Positions 1 through 12,064 of a stretch of 64,000 bases of DNA are shown here, piece by piece. The DNA is from Octopus sinensis. Lineage: Eukaryota. The translations under genes and the position numbers were made by a program. The notes under the pieces were generated by a model. That model saw only the letters and a program-made list of their open reading frames with translations, did no database searches and had not been told where the DNA came from. The stretch spans positions 21,204,001 through 21,268,000 of the forward strand of contig NC_043020.1 in the NCBI RefSeq assembly GCF_006345805.1, in the 5' to 3' direction. Positions within the stretch are counted from its first letter, which is position 1. Each line of letters begins with the position of its first letter.

Positions 1-694
1 CCGGTTCCTCTCAAATTTATGCATTTTCAGGTTCAACATGTTTCAAATAAGTACTGACAATTGAAAGTGATTTCAGTGACAAAGAACTACCTGGTTTTTA
101 ACAATTTTAACAGTGAGAACATTGGATAAAACATATTGTTGACATTAATAGTTTGTACTTCAGCTAATTACTATTGAGAACTGCATAATCCATGTTTCAT
201 TTTACTTATAGATTTAAAAGGCATACTTAAATTTCATTATTTTCAATAACCTGGGAAAGGCCGGGTTATTAACGTATAAAGTTGGTATCTCAGCTACTAG
301 GAAGTAAGACCTGAATAATCTATATTTCATGTAAGAGATCTAAAAGGCATTTTTAAATTTGATTATTTTCTTTAACCCAGCAACACCAGATATTTCTGCT
401 AGTATCCAATAAAGTAAATAACCACCACAACATGTACTTTACAGACCAGATACCAACCAGAACAAATCGCATTACACACACAACACATAATACAAACACT
501 AATATAACAAAAGACTGCAACCATAACAAAGCAAACGTATGCATTACAATACCCAGAAAGAGTTTGCAATCCCCTAACAACAAAAAAGAGCACACAATGT
601 TGCACACATCTCAGCAACATGGAAGTGTCGGAGGTGACACAGAAGAAATCTGCTTGAAACAATCAACTGTCAGATAATAAAAATAATATTAATA

Positions 695-1075
695 ATTATG
701 AGCATCAAAATGCATTTGCTTTCTAGTTGTCTTGATCATTTTCTTGAAAATCTTGGAGATGTTAGCAATGAACAAGGTGAACGATTCCAGTGGGACATCA
801 AGGAGATGGAAACTCAGTACCAAGGACGTTGGAATGCCATAATGATGGCAGACTATTGCTGGTGTTTAAAACGAGATACTCTTGTTGCTCAACATTCACG
901 GTGCACAAAGAAGCTTAAATTTATTCCTTAAATTTTCTGCCAAAAATCTTTGCCAACATCATTTTCAATTTTGAATTTTTATTTGTTCTTTGTTTTATTT
1001 TTCTAGTTAGAAAACTAGACCTGAGAGAAAATCTGTAGTTATTTTTGAGTTTAGCAGGCAAATCAGGAGGGGCAA
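695..1075 (+). mobile_element. C-terminal transposase fragment and 3' subterminal region of a CMC/Chapaev-like DNA transposon (degenerate)
   Basis: ORF 698-931 MSIKMHLLSSCLDHFLENLGDVSNEQGERFQWDIKEMETQYQGRWNAIMMADYCWCLKRD matches the recurrent MSLKxHFLHSHLDFFPENLGAVSDEQGERFHQDI..ME.RYQG.W...MMADYCW motif. The superfamily assignment is from memory. Confidence 0.55.
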
Positions 1076-1089
1076 ATCTTTTAGGGATT

Positions 1090-2400
1090 TGGGGGGGGGG
1101 GTCTGTTGATAAACTTGTTGTTTTGGGGGATTCTGATACTGTTGTTTTTGCTACTGTCGATGTTGGTAGTTCCTCTGCTGTTGTTCTAGTTGTTGCTGCT
1201 ATTGCTGTTGGTACTTCTGTGATTGTAGTTGCTGCTACTACTGTTACTGTTGATTTTGTAGCTGTAGTAGTCACCTATTTTTGTTGGCCTGTTATCATTG
1301 TTGCTGTAGTGGTGGTAGTGGTGTCAGCAAAATTGGGGAACTCATTTCTCTCTTTTGTTGTGAGCAGAAAGCCTTGAAGTAGTTTGTTTCCTGGACAGGT
1401 GACATCTTGGCTTTCTGCCCTCAACAGTCATGTGAAGCTTTGTGCCATCTTGTAGGCTTATGTAGACTGGGATAGCTTCAACACTTTCCTACGCAGCTTG
1501 TATTAGTACCTGCATCTCCTGTCCTAACCAGTTTTGCTTGTGTGTCTTCTGTATTTGCAGAATCATGGTTTTCTCTTCTATGTCAAGGAGAATTGCAGCT
1601 ACTAACCAGCAGATGTTTATCCCTGGAGGGGATGTTAAATATTCTAATTCTGAATACTCATTGACCAAGGTAGATGGGGATGAGAATGAGTTTGTTACTC
1701 ATTAAGGTAGCTGTCAAATTATTTTTAGCCTTCTCCTCTGAGACAAATCTCACCTTGACAGTCCTATATTTCTTCCCCCTGGCTACATAAGTTTGCTTTT
1801 TCAAACTGGTTTTAAGCATTTCTCTATTTGCTTCTGTGTTGCCTGCTCTAATTTCCTACTTTTGTCTTCAATTGTAAAACTGTCAATATGTAAAACTGTC
1901 TGCAAATTAAGTTCTTGTTGGACAGTTCTAGGAATGTTTAATGTCACATTTTTCTCATATTTCTCCAACATGCATTTCACACACTTGAATTCATTTTTGT
2001 CTATAAAAATGTCTTCTCTTACTTCTCTGATAGCTCTCATAAAGTTGAACTCACCTCAATTGGATTTGCATGCCTTGTTTTTGTTGTTGTCTTCTTCGTT
2101 AGTGATGTTATTGTTGGTAGTAGTAGTGGTGGTGGACCTGCTACTGCCACCAATGGTGGCAGTGTTCTTATTTGTGTTGTCACATTTTATCATTGATTTC
2201 TTTTGTTCCTGCTATAGTGAAGGGCAGTGTAAAATGAAAGCAATGGAAAATTGCTTTCATAGGCCTGACACGCCCTATTGTTCTTGTTGTTGTTGCTATT
2301 GCTACAGCGGTCACTGTCTTTTACAACTTGGCTGTTCTCTTATTCTGGATGACTGGTTGTTCCTTTCAATGGATGGACAATTCTTGTTCACCATCTTTGT
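1090..2400 (-). pseudogene. Degenerate gag-like ORF1 of a non-LTR retrotransposon (RRM-like region, zinc knuckle, Thr-rich tail)
   Basis: Minus-strand translation across stops reads ...YRTVKVRFVSEEKAK...LIPIYLGQ...NIPPGINICWLVAAILL...YISLQDGTKLHMTVEGRKPR, then C-H-L-[1-nt deletion at C]-Q-E-T-N-[Y for H]-F-K-A-F-C, a decayed CX2CX4HX4C at about 1365-1405. Confidence 0.6.
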
Positions 2401-2939
2401 TTTTTAGCGAAAAAATGAGGGGTATCTTAGCCCATACACTAAAATAGTCTCTTGGGGCTATGGATGGAGAAGAACTAACCAGTTTCCCAAGGTCCTTGAT
2501 AATTTAACTAAGTAACGTTAACAGATGTACAATGGAGCGACATGAACACATGTCAATAGATGAACAACAATGACAACAAAAATAAAAGATTTATTGGAGA
2601 AATAAAATATAAGAGTCAGGTTAGAGAAATGCATTAAAGCAACATTAAAGAGAGATAAGAGAATTAGACCAAGCACAACATACAAATACTCGGCAATCAT
2701 TGAACTAGACAGTGTAGAACACACACAAATGAAAGAAAAGACTGAGAAAGAAAGTTACAGGTAGATTAATATTTAAAACAGGACTAAATGCGAAAAATAT
2801 GTAATACACATCAATACTCTAGTTGTCCCCTACAATAAATTACAGTTATATTCTCAAGTGGATGCTAAACAAAACTAAGCAAAATTAGGCAAGAAAACAA
2901 GGATAATAATAACTGTATTTAGAATATGCCAATCAAGGA

Positions 2940-3509
2940 CTAGAAAAATATCCTGTAAAGAATAATGGAAAAGTAATACAAATAACTACAAATCAAGAAC
3001 AAAATAAATATAAAGCTATTTTCAGTCTTTAATGAAACCAACAAATACCAAGCAGAAAAAATGAAGAAAAGAGAGAAACAGCAAAATAAGATTATAAAAA
3101 GGTTACAATCCAAGTTAGAAATGGGGCTACAGAATGTCATGATAAGTAAAAAAAAGCCCTATATGGCCACATCTGCAAAGACTGAACAAGATGGAAGTAG
3201 ACAGGACAATTTTGTGATATGGGCTTAGGAGTGTAGGGCTCAAAGATGAGACATATGAGTTTTTGGAAGCAGCACAGGATCAAAGAGAAACAGCCAAACA
3301 CATATAATGAATAAGTAAAGGCAGAATATGTCGAAAAAGAAGGAAGAATTAACCACACTGGATAGCCACTTCTAAGTAAGAAAGAATACATTTGCAGGTA
3401 TGAAAAAGTTAATATTTGTCATCATTATGAAATACTAACAGAAAAGAAAGGGAAAAAATTCTTTGAGAATGAGAAAGTGGCCATACTCTGGGATATGCCT
3501 CTACATACT
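2940..3509 (+). mobile_element. R4/Dong-type LINE (restriction-like endonuclease clade), C-terminal region part 1, degenerate
   Basis: Fragments GLRSVGLKDETYEFLEAAQDQ and ENEKVAILWDMPLHT match the GLKxETEGxxxAAQDQ and ENxxxxILWD motifs upstream of the RLE domain. Confidence 0.75.
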
Positions 3510-3688
3510 TTTTATATCCTTAAAATATTTGGATATATAATTTGATGAAGCAATGGTAAAAATCAATGTCTTCACAACATGCTTTTTATTTTTACTCATC
3601 ACAAAGGCAAAATTTAAAAACACCCTCTGATGTCAACGATAAAACATCTTTTAAACACATAGGTGTGTTAATGTCTATCACTACAACA
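3510..3688 (-). repeat. 3' LTR of the Gypsy element
   Basis: Diverged direct repeat of 7714-7908; starts TGT on the minus strand immediately after the PPT. Confidence 0.85.
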
Positions 3689-6284
3689 TCTTCCCTTTTG
3701 AGATTGACTTTTGTTGGAAGTGAATTTTTTTTTTCTACACCACATCTCCCTTTCTGAGATTTACTTCCATTTGAAACTGAATATTTTCCCTTTTTGGAAC
3801 TACCGCCAACAATTTTGTATGTTTTCTTTTTCTTGTACTGTTACACCTTCGTTCAACGATTTCTTGTGGAGTTGGCACATCAAAAATATTGTAGAGAACT
3901 TCCATGGGTACTTCTTTCCTCATAACCCTTTCTTCAGCAAATCTTCTTTTCAGTTGATTTATGTGTCTTTTATGTTCCCATTTCAAACCTTTCACCATGT
4001 ACATCATTTTACCAACCAGTTTTATTATTTTGCTGTCTTCTCAACCTTCTTTTCCATTTCTATACACTCTGAAAGACACCTTATCACCAGTTTTAAAATA
4101 CTTGGTCGTATTTTGAGTGTTTTCCCTAGTTTTCATTTTTCTTCCAGGTAATAATTGACCTAATTTTTCTTGCAAACATCATTTCAACTGGCGACTTGCC
4201 TGAAATGGTATTAGGGTTTGGCATTACCCAGTAAACTCTCAGGAATTGTGTCAATGCTACATCAGTCACTAACTCATTTCTGGATATCTTTAGTGCCCTT
4301 TTGAACATGTCCACAAAGTGTCCAGCTTGTCTGTTCAATCTTGGATGATACGGAGCAATAATGATATATTCAATTGAGTACATCTTGCAAAATTCTTAAA
4401 TTCATCCGCCGTAAATTGTGTACTGTTATTGGAGAATATGGTATCCATGACACCATACCTTGCAAAAAGCTCGTGTAGAAATTCATCTGTTACCATGGAG
4501 GTCAGTTTTCTACATTTACACATTTCTGGCCATTTTGTAAAGCTATTTACCATTATTAGATAATATAATCGTTTTAATGGTCCTGTGAAGTTTACGTGTA
4601 GCCTGGTCCATGGAATATTGGTCTTGGGCCAAGGTTGAAATTTTATAGGTGGTGATTACGCTGCAAGAGCACAACCTCTGCAGGATTTTACCAACTTCTC
4701 AATGTCTAGATCCATTTTCGGCCAGTAAACATAACTCCTCATAAGCAACTTCATCCTAGAAATTCCCGGCTGTCCTTTGTGGAATGCCTTTAACATTCGA
4801 TTTTGTTGTAAGGCAGGCATTTGACCCTCTATGCATACATAAACACATTATCACATATCGAACGCAAATTCAAAACTGTGTTATGTCCAGCTACATGTAT
4901 TTTGTTAATTGTTTCTTCTGATCTCACTATTTTTCGTTTTTATGATAAACTCATTTTTATGATAAAATCACTGCCCCAATATCACTTTCACTAGCATCTG
5001 ATGCCACTACTATTTTTGAATTCAGGTTAAAATGTTCTTAATTTCTTCAAAAGCTTTTTGGCATTTGTCCACTTAATGTCTTTTTTTAACAAGTTATTCA
5101 GAGATGCTCTTAAATCATGCATATTCGGTATATATACTTGGTAGTAATTTTCAAGCCCCTTGTAACACTGTAATGTTTATTGCACTCACCCTAGACAGGT
5201 CTGATCTGTGTCTATTTTCATTGATAATCTGCCCCAGATATTTTATTCTTGGCATAAAAAATTCACACTTTTCCTCATTGAGCTTAAACCCATATTCTTT
5301 TATTTTTTTAAATATCTTTTTAACATGCTCAGCATGCTAACCCCAAGATTCACTTTTAGGAGTATGTTGTCAAGGTAAGCTATAGTGAAATCTGAACCTG
5401 CAAGCATAGTGTCCATAACTTGTTGGAAAATGCCAGGTGCTACCTTTATATCAAAAGGAAGTCAATTAAATTTTAAACAACTCTTTATAAGTATTTACTG
5501 TCAATAATTTTGAACATTCCTCATCAACTTTTACCTGCAAGTGTGCTTCAGAAAGGACCAACTTTGAAAAAATCTTCCTCCATTCAACTTTGTAAAAATT
5601 TCCTCTGGACTTGGTAATGGCATCAAACATTTGTTTAAACTTGTTGAAAAAATCAGTGCATACTTAGATTTTATTATTTTTTTTCATAACATAAACTGTT
5701 GGGGATGCCTATTTTGTGTAATCAGTTTTTTCAATAATGCCAAACTTTTCAAGTCTATCCAATTCTTCATTTACTTGTTTCAACGCTGCAAATGGTGCAG
5801 TTCATTTTGGTTTAAATACCAGTATAGCATTTTCTTTCACTTGAAAATTCACCTCTGTTTTGGTGCAAAGATCCAATTCATTAGAAAAAACTTAGGGAAA
5901 AATTGTTTTAAATTCTTTTTTTGAATCCTCCAAAGCCTTTGTACTGGTGGAAGAACCATTCACATTTTGACAAAAAATATTTATGGGGAGGTTCCATAAG
6001 TCAAATAATTCCATTCAATCTGTTCCAAATAAATTTGTTGTATTTTTCAACACAAAAACTTTGACTTTCAAGGTTTTTCCATAAAATGTAGCATCACTTA
6101 TCATTTCGCTCATAAAATGCCATTTTTTTCCTGCAACACCTCGTGCAATTTTCAAAGATTCCTTTAATCTAGGTTTCCCTATTTTTATCCATGTATCTGT
6201 AATAATTATCATGGTATCACTGCCTGTATCCAAATGTAACTTGATATTAACATTATTCAATTTTATGGACACGAATTTTCTTTA

Positions 6285-6419
6285 TTATTTACATTATTTA
6301 CATTTGACTGATATTTGTCCCCATCTTGTTTGTTGTTAACACGTTTGTGCTGATATACCCTCCAGCCTTCATCAGTTGTCAAACCTGGGTTCTCATTCCT
6401 AAGGTATTTTTTGATGTTG

Positions 6420-6470
<51 letters not shown>

Positions 6471-6549
6471 TCACTGCCTGGAATTGAACTCGGAATCTTG
6501 GGGTTAGTAGCCCGCACTCTTAACCATTACGCCATATTCCCACAGATAT
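6285..6549 (-). mobile_element. tRNA-headed SINE with (AAT)n spacer and hammerhead-like body, inserted in the Gypsy element
   Basis: Head GGCGTAATGGTTAAGAGTGCGGGCTACTAACCCCAAGATTCCGAGTTCAATTCC has A- and B-box-like sequence (6535-6480). (AAT)n lies at 6420-6467. Candidate 9-bp TSD TTTTCTTTA at 6276-6284 and 6550-6558; removing the insert restores the pol junction RKFVSIKLNN. Confidence 0.75.
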
Positions 6550-7713
6550 TTTTCTTTAGGTCTTAGGCCAAAGTTGACCCTTTTTTTTTTTGATTCACTA
6601 TACAATGTGAGTTTGTATGTCCAATTTTTCCACACTCAAAACATTTAAGATTTTTAAAAGAAGAGCTACTCTTAAAATGTAAACCTCCGCACCCCTAGCA
6701 TAGATTTGGTCTTGATGTTTGTTTTCCTTTTTCCTTATCTGTTTTAGGTCAACACGCATGTATGTGAGAGCAATCTTTTTCTTCAATTTTATCCACATCA
6801 TGTCTTAAATTTATAATCTTCTAGCATTCTTCAGCCACTGCCTGTAAAGTTAATTTTTGGTCCTGTTCTAATGTATATCAACATCTTTGCTTGCAGTTAG
6901 CCCTTAAACAAAAATTAGACAAGTCTGGGATTAATTCATTCAATTTGAATTTTTCCCTAGTTTTCATTTTTCTTCCAGGTAATAACTGACCTAATTTTTC
7001 TTGCAAATAATCATTTCAGCAGACGACTTGCCTGAAAAGGTATTAAAGTTTGGCATTACACAGTAAACTCCCAGGAATTGTGTCAATGCTATATCAGCCA
7101 CTAACTCATTTCTGGATATCTTTAGTGCCCTTTTGAACGTGTCCCAGGATAGGAGGCGAAATCTTCATCATCTTTTTTTAACTAAATTTAAACACTGCCA
7201 GTGAGTATTGAACAGGGAACTTCTTTCACTGAAAATTTTTGATAAAAAATTGTTTCATTGAAACAAATCTCACCTGGTTTCTGTGACAGAATATAATTAT
7301 AGTATTTTTCATGTTCGGCAGGGGATAACTTTCTTAAAAGTAGTCGCACCTGCTTCTTGTCATTCCAAATTTTACATTCTTCTTTGAAGATTTCTTCATA
7401 TCTTCTAAAATATGCAGAAAATTAGTATATCCTGGGTTATAAATAAATTCTCCAATTGAGTTTGCTATGCTGTCTGGTGAGAACAAACCTGAAGTATTTT
7501 CAGACTTCTTCAACATTAATTCCAGAAACTGTTTGTATTGTTGTTGTTGCTGTTGAAGTTGCTGCTGTTGATGTTGCTGTTGCTCTTGAAGGTGTAAATG
7601 TTACAACTGCACCTCGCAAGCCAATAAGTTTTCCATGTTAATGATTTTTATTTTTGATTTTGTACCAAAAAAATTCTAATGTCCAACACAAGTTTCAAAT
7701 ATCTCGTTACCAC

Positions 7714-7908
7714 TTTTATATCCTTAAGACTTTTGGATATATAATTTAATAAAGTAGAGGTAAAAACCAATGTCTTCACAAGATGGACTTTTCATTTTTA
7801 CTCACCAAAAACACAAGATTATAAAATGCCCTCTGATGTCATCAACAGTATAACAATCTGAGTCCATCTTTTAAACACACAGGTGTGTTAATGTCTATCA
7901 TCATAACA
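7714..7908 (-). repeat. 5' LTR of the Gypsy element
   Basis: Direct repeat of 3510-3688; starts TGT on minus and is followed by a PBS-like TGG motif. Confidence 0.85.
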
Positions 7909-7910
7909 GT

Positions 7911-8150
7911 ATGAAATACTAACAGAAAAAAAAAGGAAAAAGGTCTTTGAGAATGAAAAAGTGACAATACTCTAGAATATGCCTCTACATACTGCAGGGA
8001 AATTAAGGATAATCAACCAGATACTGTTATCAAGGGTTACTAGGAAAAGAAATGTCTCCCAATCGAAGCATCAGCATCAACAGATGATATTGCATCTCTC
8101 AGAGAAATGGCAAATTATCCAAATATTAAAGAATGGGAAACAGATAACAT
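7911..8150 (+). mobile_element. R4/Dong-type LINE part 2 (RLE domain start), continuing after the Gypsy insertion
   Basis: ENEKVTIL*NMPLHT...REIKDNQPDTVIKGY*EKKCLPIE matches the ILWD..I.TD.EI.ANRPDIV..D...K.C..ID RLE signature. Confidence 0.75.
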
Positions 8151-8489
8151 GAATCTATTCTCCTTTCTTTGAGCTCCCTACTCCTGATGGAGTTGTAGGG
8201 ACATCATTTTGATACATGGTGTGTCTTAAGCTTTTATACCTAGCAAAACTTCTCTTCTTTAAGGTCTGAACAAAGAGAGAAAGAGATTTTTAAAAAATGG
8301 GTAAGGAAGAGAAAAAAAGAATTGATCTTGGTTCTCCATTTACTGATCTGGAAAAGATGAAAGGCAAAGCTGTCTGTAATAAGATTTGAACTGAGTACAA
8401 AGAGCCAGACGGAATATCACAGAATACTCTACCCAACACTACCTTATTGTATTAATTTCTCTGGTAAATCTTCTATTATTATTACTGTT

Positions 8490-8680
8490 ATTGCTGGTAG
8501 AATTAGCACACTGGGCAAAATACTTTGTGGCATTTCGTCTGTCTTTACGTTCTGAGTTCAAATTCTGCCAAGGTCGATTTTGCCTTTCACCCTTTCGGGG
8601 TCAATAAATTAAGTACCAGTGAAACATTGGGGTTCAACATAATCAACTAGTCCCTTTTCCACAAAATTTCAAGCATTGTG
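8490..8680 (+). mobile_element. tRNA-derived SINE, family A (related copies at about 16545-16680, 20370-20560, 24215-24385)
   Basis: Shared core ...TCTGAGTTCAAAT(T/C)CTGCC...TTTGCCTTTCA.CCTTTCGGGGTC.ATAAA..AAGTACCAG recurs in the window; B-box-like GAGTTCAAATT. Confidence 0.7.
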
Positions 8681-10080
8681 CCTTCAGTAGAACAGCTTAT
8701 TCCTAAGGTTGCTCATTCCTAAGGTTGATCCACCAATTTGTGGTCAAAGCTTGGTCTTGCAATACCAGTATAGTGCTCTCAGTCTCTTTCTTCAGCCAAT
8801 CCCACCTATGTTTTTCCAGCAACTTCTGTTGGGGCTACATTGCATTGTGTAATGCTTCTTCATGTCTTTTTTGTACTTTTTCCTTTGTTTTTCCTTTTTT
8901 TCTTTTCTACTCCTATTTTTTCATACCTACTCCATAATTGCTGACACTTAACTATTTTTCAAGTAATGGTTATCTTATTCTACATGTCTTCAATGTTGTG
9001 AAGCTAGCAAACAACTTGTTGACATCAGTATCAGCACTGCTCTTAGACCCAGACTAACTAATACCTTTTGTGAGGAATTTTATTGGAGAAAAACTCTAAA
9101 GCTAGTAGTATCATAATCTTCAAAGTTGTGTCTACTTTTCCCTGTAGTGTGAGTTGACTTGATTTTCACAATTTGTGTCAGTTCTTATTTGAAGTTATTA
9201 CCTTCATAGATAAGTCAGAGGATCTACACTCATTTATACATTTCCTTTTTGGCTAAGATTTTGTGACTTGATGCCCTTTCCATTGTTAAATGTTTTATAT
9301 AATGTACTGGGTGCATTTTATCATGGCACCAGCAGTAGAGAATTTGTCATCGCTTCAACAAGGCTAAAGTGTCTTCTTGATACAGCTTTGTCTTAGCTCA
9401 TCTACCAACCATTTTATACAGTGTACTGGGTGCATTTTATCATGACACCAGCATTTTAGAGGTTAGCTTGTACCTTGTAAGACTAAAGAGTCCCTCCATG
9501 CATCTTGACCAAAAAAGGTATATAGAACGGAGAATGATGACCAAAGAACAAGGATGGATGGGTGAACAGAACAAGAGTGTGATGGTAGAATTAGAGTGAT
9601 AGGGATGAGAAGGTTGTAGAGAGAGGAATGAATAATAATAGAGGAGGACTACAGTAAGAGAGAGTAGTGCATGTCGATAATGAGTGGCCAGGGGAGGAGG
9701 ATTGACTAGCTGTACAGAGAGCATGATAGTAGCATGTATCAGGTACAAACAGATCTTGTGCAACCCTTTATGCATAGGCTTCATGTTGGCTGACATAGAT
9801 AAAGTGTTAAGGATGGTGGTTGGGTGGATTGAATATGCATCAGTCCAATCATTAGGCTCTGTCACTGTCTCACATTGTTGCATTCTTCTTAACTCATATA
9901 AAGCCTGTCATTATTTCACAAAGAGGTACCTTTATTGGCTTAAGAGGCTCCTATATTGGCTCATCTAATGATTTGTCTCTCCCCTAATAATCTTCATACA
10001 GGATCTCTCACTTAGTCAACATTTTGCTGTAGTTATGTTAGTTTAGGACAAATTGGACAAAACCCATTTCATTGAATATC

Positions 10081-12064
10081 GTCATCATCATCATCATTTA
10101 ATGTCTGTTCTCCATACTGGCTTAGGTTGGATGGTTTGACAGGGGCTAGATAGCTCCCCAGCTGTCCAGACTCTAATTGTCTGTTGTGGCATGATTTCCA
10201 AAACTGGATGCCCTTCCTAATACCAACCACTTTAAAGTGTGTACTGGGCGCTTTATATGTACCACTGGCATGGGTATGTTTATGCAGCACCAGCATGAGT
10301 GCATTTTATGTGACACCAACACCTGTAAAGGACAAGTCTGTGTGTATGGATGACAGCAATTTCATTTAGCTTGATGCATCTTTTCAAGTACAGCAAATCA
10401 CCACAACTCCCGATCCCTTGCCATTTCCTGTGTCAGGTCCAGCAACTGAAAATCCTTTCTCACCACTTTGTCCCACATATTCTTGGGATTACTCCTTCCA
10501 CAGGTTCCTTCCACAATTAGAGATTGATACTTCTTTATGCAGCTGTCCTCGTCCATAAGCATCACATGACCAAACCAGTGCAGTCTTCTCTCTTGCATAC
10601 AACATCTGATACCTTTTATATCCAGTTTTCCCCTTAAATCTGTTGCAGTCTGCCATGTGTACACATTGATATTACCCATCCATTTGAACATGCTAGCTTT
10701 ATTTCTTTCAATCCTTCACAAGTCTTCTGTAGTCAGAGCCCATGTTTCACTGCCATGTAGCACAGGCATCACACAATATACTTTTCACTCTGAGGAAGAG
10801 GCCCTTAGTTACCAACAAAGGTAGAAGCTCTCTGAACTTTTCCCAGCCTGTTCTTATTGTAGCAACTACACTTACAGAACTTCCTCCTCCACTGCTTACT
10901 TGGTCACCTAGCTAATGGAAACCATATGCTACTTCAAAGGATCCCCCTAAACATTTGAGGGAGTCTACTTGCTGTAAATTCTTAGTGTTTATTGTAGCTG
11001 CACATCTTTCACACTCAAAGACTACTTTTTCTGTTAACCTTCCTGTGATACATCTACACCTCTTAAGTGTCCATAGCTTGTACAACGTATGAAGTTTCTA
11101 TCAACTCCCTTCTTACATATCAAGCAGGACCATCTCCCTGAAGGGATTTGTGATTTGTCCATTTTCCTACTTTGATTTTTGCTAAATTAACTCTTAGGCC
11201 CTTAGAGTCCAGGCATTGCTTCCATACCTAAAATCTCTTTTCTAGATCAAGTAGTCATTCAGCTATAAGAACAAGGTCATCAGCATAGAGGAGCTCCCAG
11301 GGGCAGCTAGTCTTGAATTCTTTTGTTAAGGCCTGGAGAACTAAAATGAACAAGAGCAGGGAGAGAACTGATCCTTGGTGAACTCCCATCTGTACATTGA
11401 ATTCATTACTATACTCATTGCCAATCTTCACCTTATGGCCAGCATCCCTGTACATGGCTTGTACAGCTCTCACTAACCACTCATCTATCCCTAGCTCCTG
11501 CATGACCACCAGAGAGGGGAGTAGGAGACCATGTCAGAGGTTTTCTCCATGTCAACAAAAGCCAAAGACAAAGGTTTATTTTTGGCTAAATATTTCCCCT
11601 GAAGTTGCCTAACCATGAGTATAGCATCACTCATGCTTCTACCTGGCACAAATTCAAACATCTGATTTATACTAACTCTCTTCCAACTTAATTGAGCTAT
11701 GACCCTTTATGTGACTTTCAACACCTTATCCAGCTATTTGATAGCTCTGTAATTATTTCTGTCTAAGGCATCACCTTTGCTTTTGTAGCATTGGGTATGA
11801 CTTCCTCGTGGACAACTGGATTAATTATAAAGGTGACTAAGCTATATTCCACTTAGCCAGATATTTGAAGCATCTCAATGGCGATTCCTGATGGACAGGG
11901 GAGGGGGCTCTCCTTGTCTTCATATCCTTAATTGCTTCATCTACCAAGCTACTATCGATTCAGATAGCTAGTCCCTCAGTAGGCAGATTCTCCTTCTCCC
12001 ATGCATTCTCTACATTTAGCTACCTTTTATAATGTCATTTTCAGGCCTCTTTTTTTGCAGAATC
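10081..12064 (-). mobile_element. 5'-truncated RTE-clade LINE (RT to 3' UTR, (GAT)n tail), degenerate
   Basis: GVHQGSVLSLLLF...PWELLYADDLVLIAE (11509-11255); QERRLHWFGHV (10691-10398); 3' UTR and (GAT)n tail shared with 39778-40856. Confidence 0.9.

Larger units (their letters stand above)
3510..7908 (-). mobile_element. Ty3/Gypsy LTR retrotransposon, full outline but decayed (gag-PR-RT-IN; RNase H region largely lost)
   Basis: Gag FSPDSIANSIGEFIY and FNTHWQCLNLV (7600-6600); protease LHLDTGSD (6272-6015); RT AYLDN (about 5365); integrase YHPRLNRQAGHFVDMFKR and EVNLRKGDVV. Paired LTRs, PBS-like TGGTAACGAG at 7712-7703 and PPT AAAAGGGAAGA at 3699-3689. Confidence 0.9.

Noticed and set aside
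1793-2407. 204-aa hydrophobic ORF as a membrane protein or MCT 5' exon
   Set aside because: Antisense shadow of the ORF1 relic; no MCT motifs.
6470-6545. Possible tRNA gene (ACT anticodon loop)
   Set aside because: No proper acceptor stem; followed by (AAT)n and a repeat body with a candidate TSD, so it is a SINE head.
8150-10070. Search for the missing MCT TM1-3 exons (PDGGWGW motif)
   Set aside because: Only a chance PTPDGVV followed by a stop; no supportable exon, so the 5' exons are probably outside the window.
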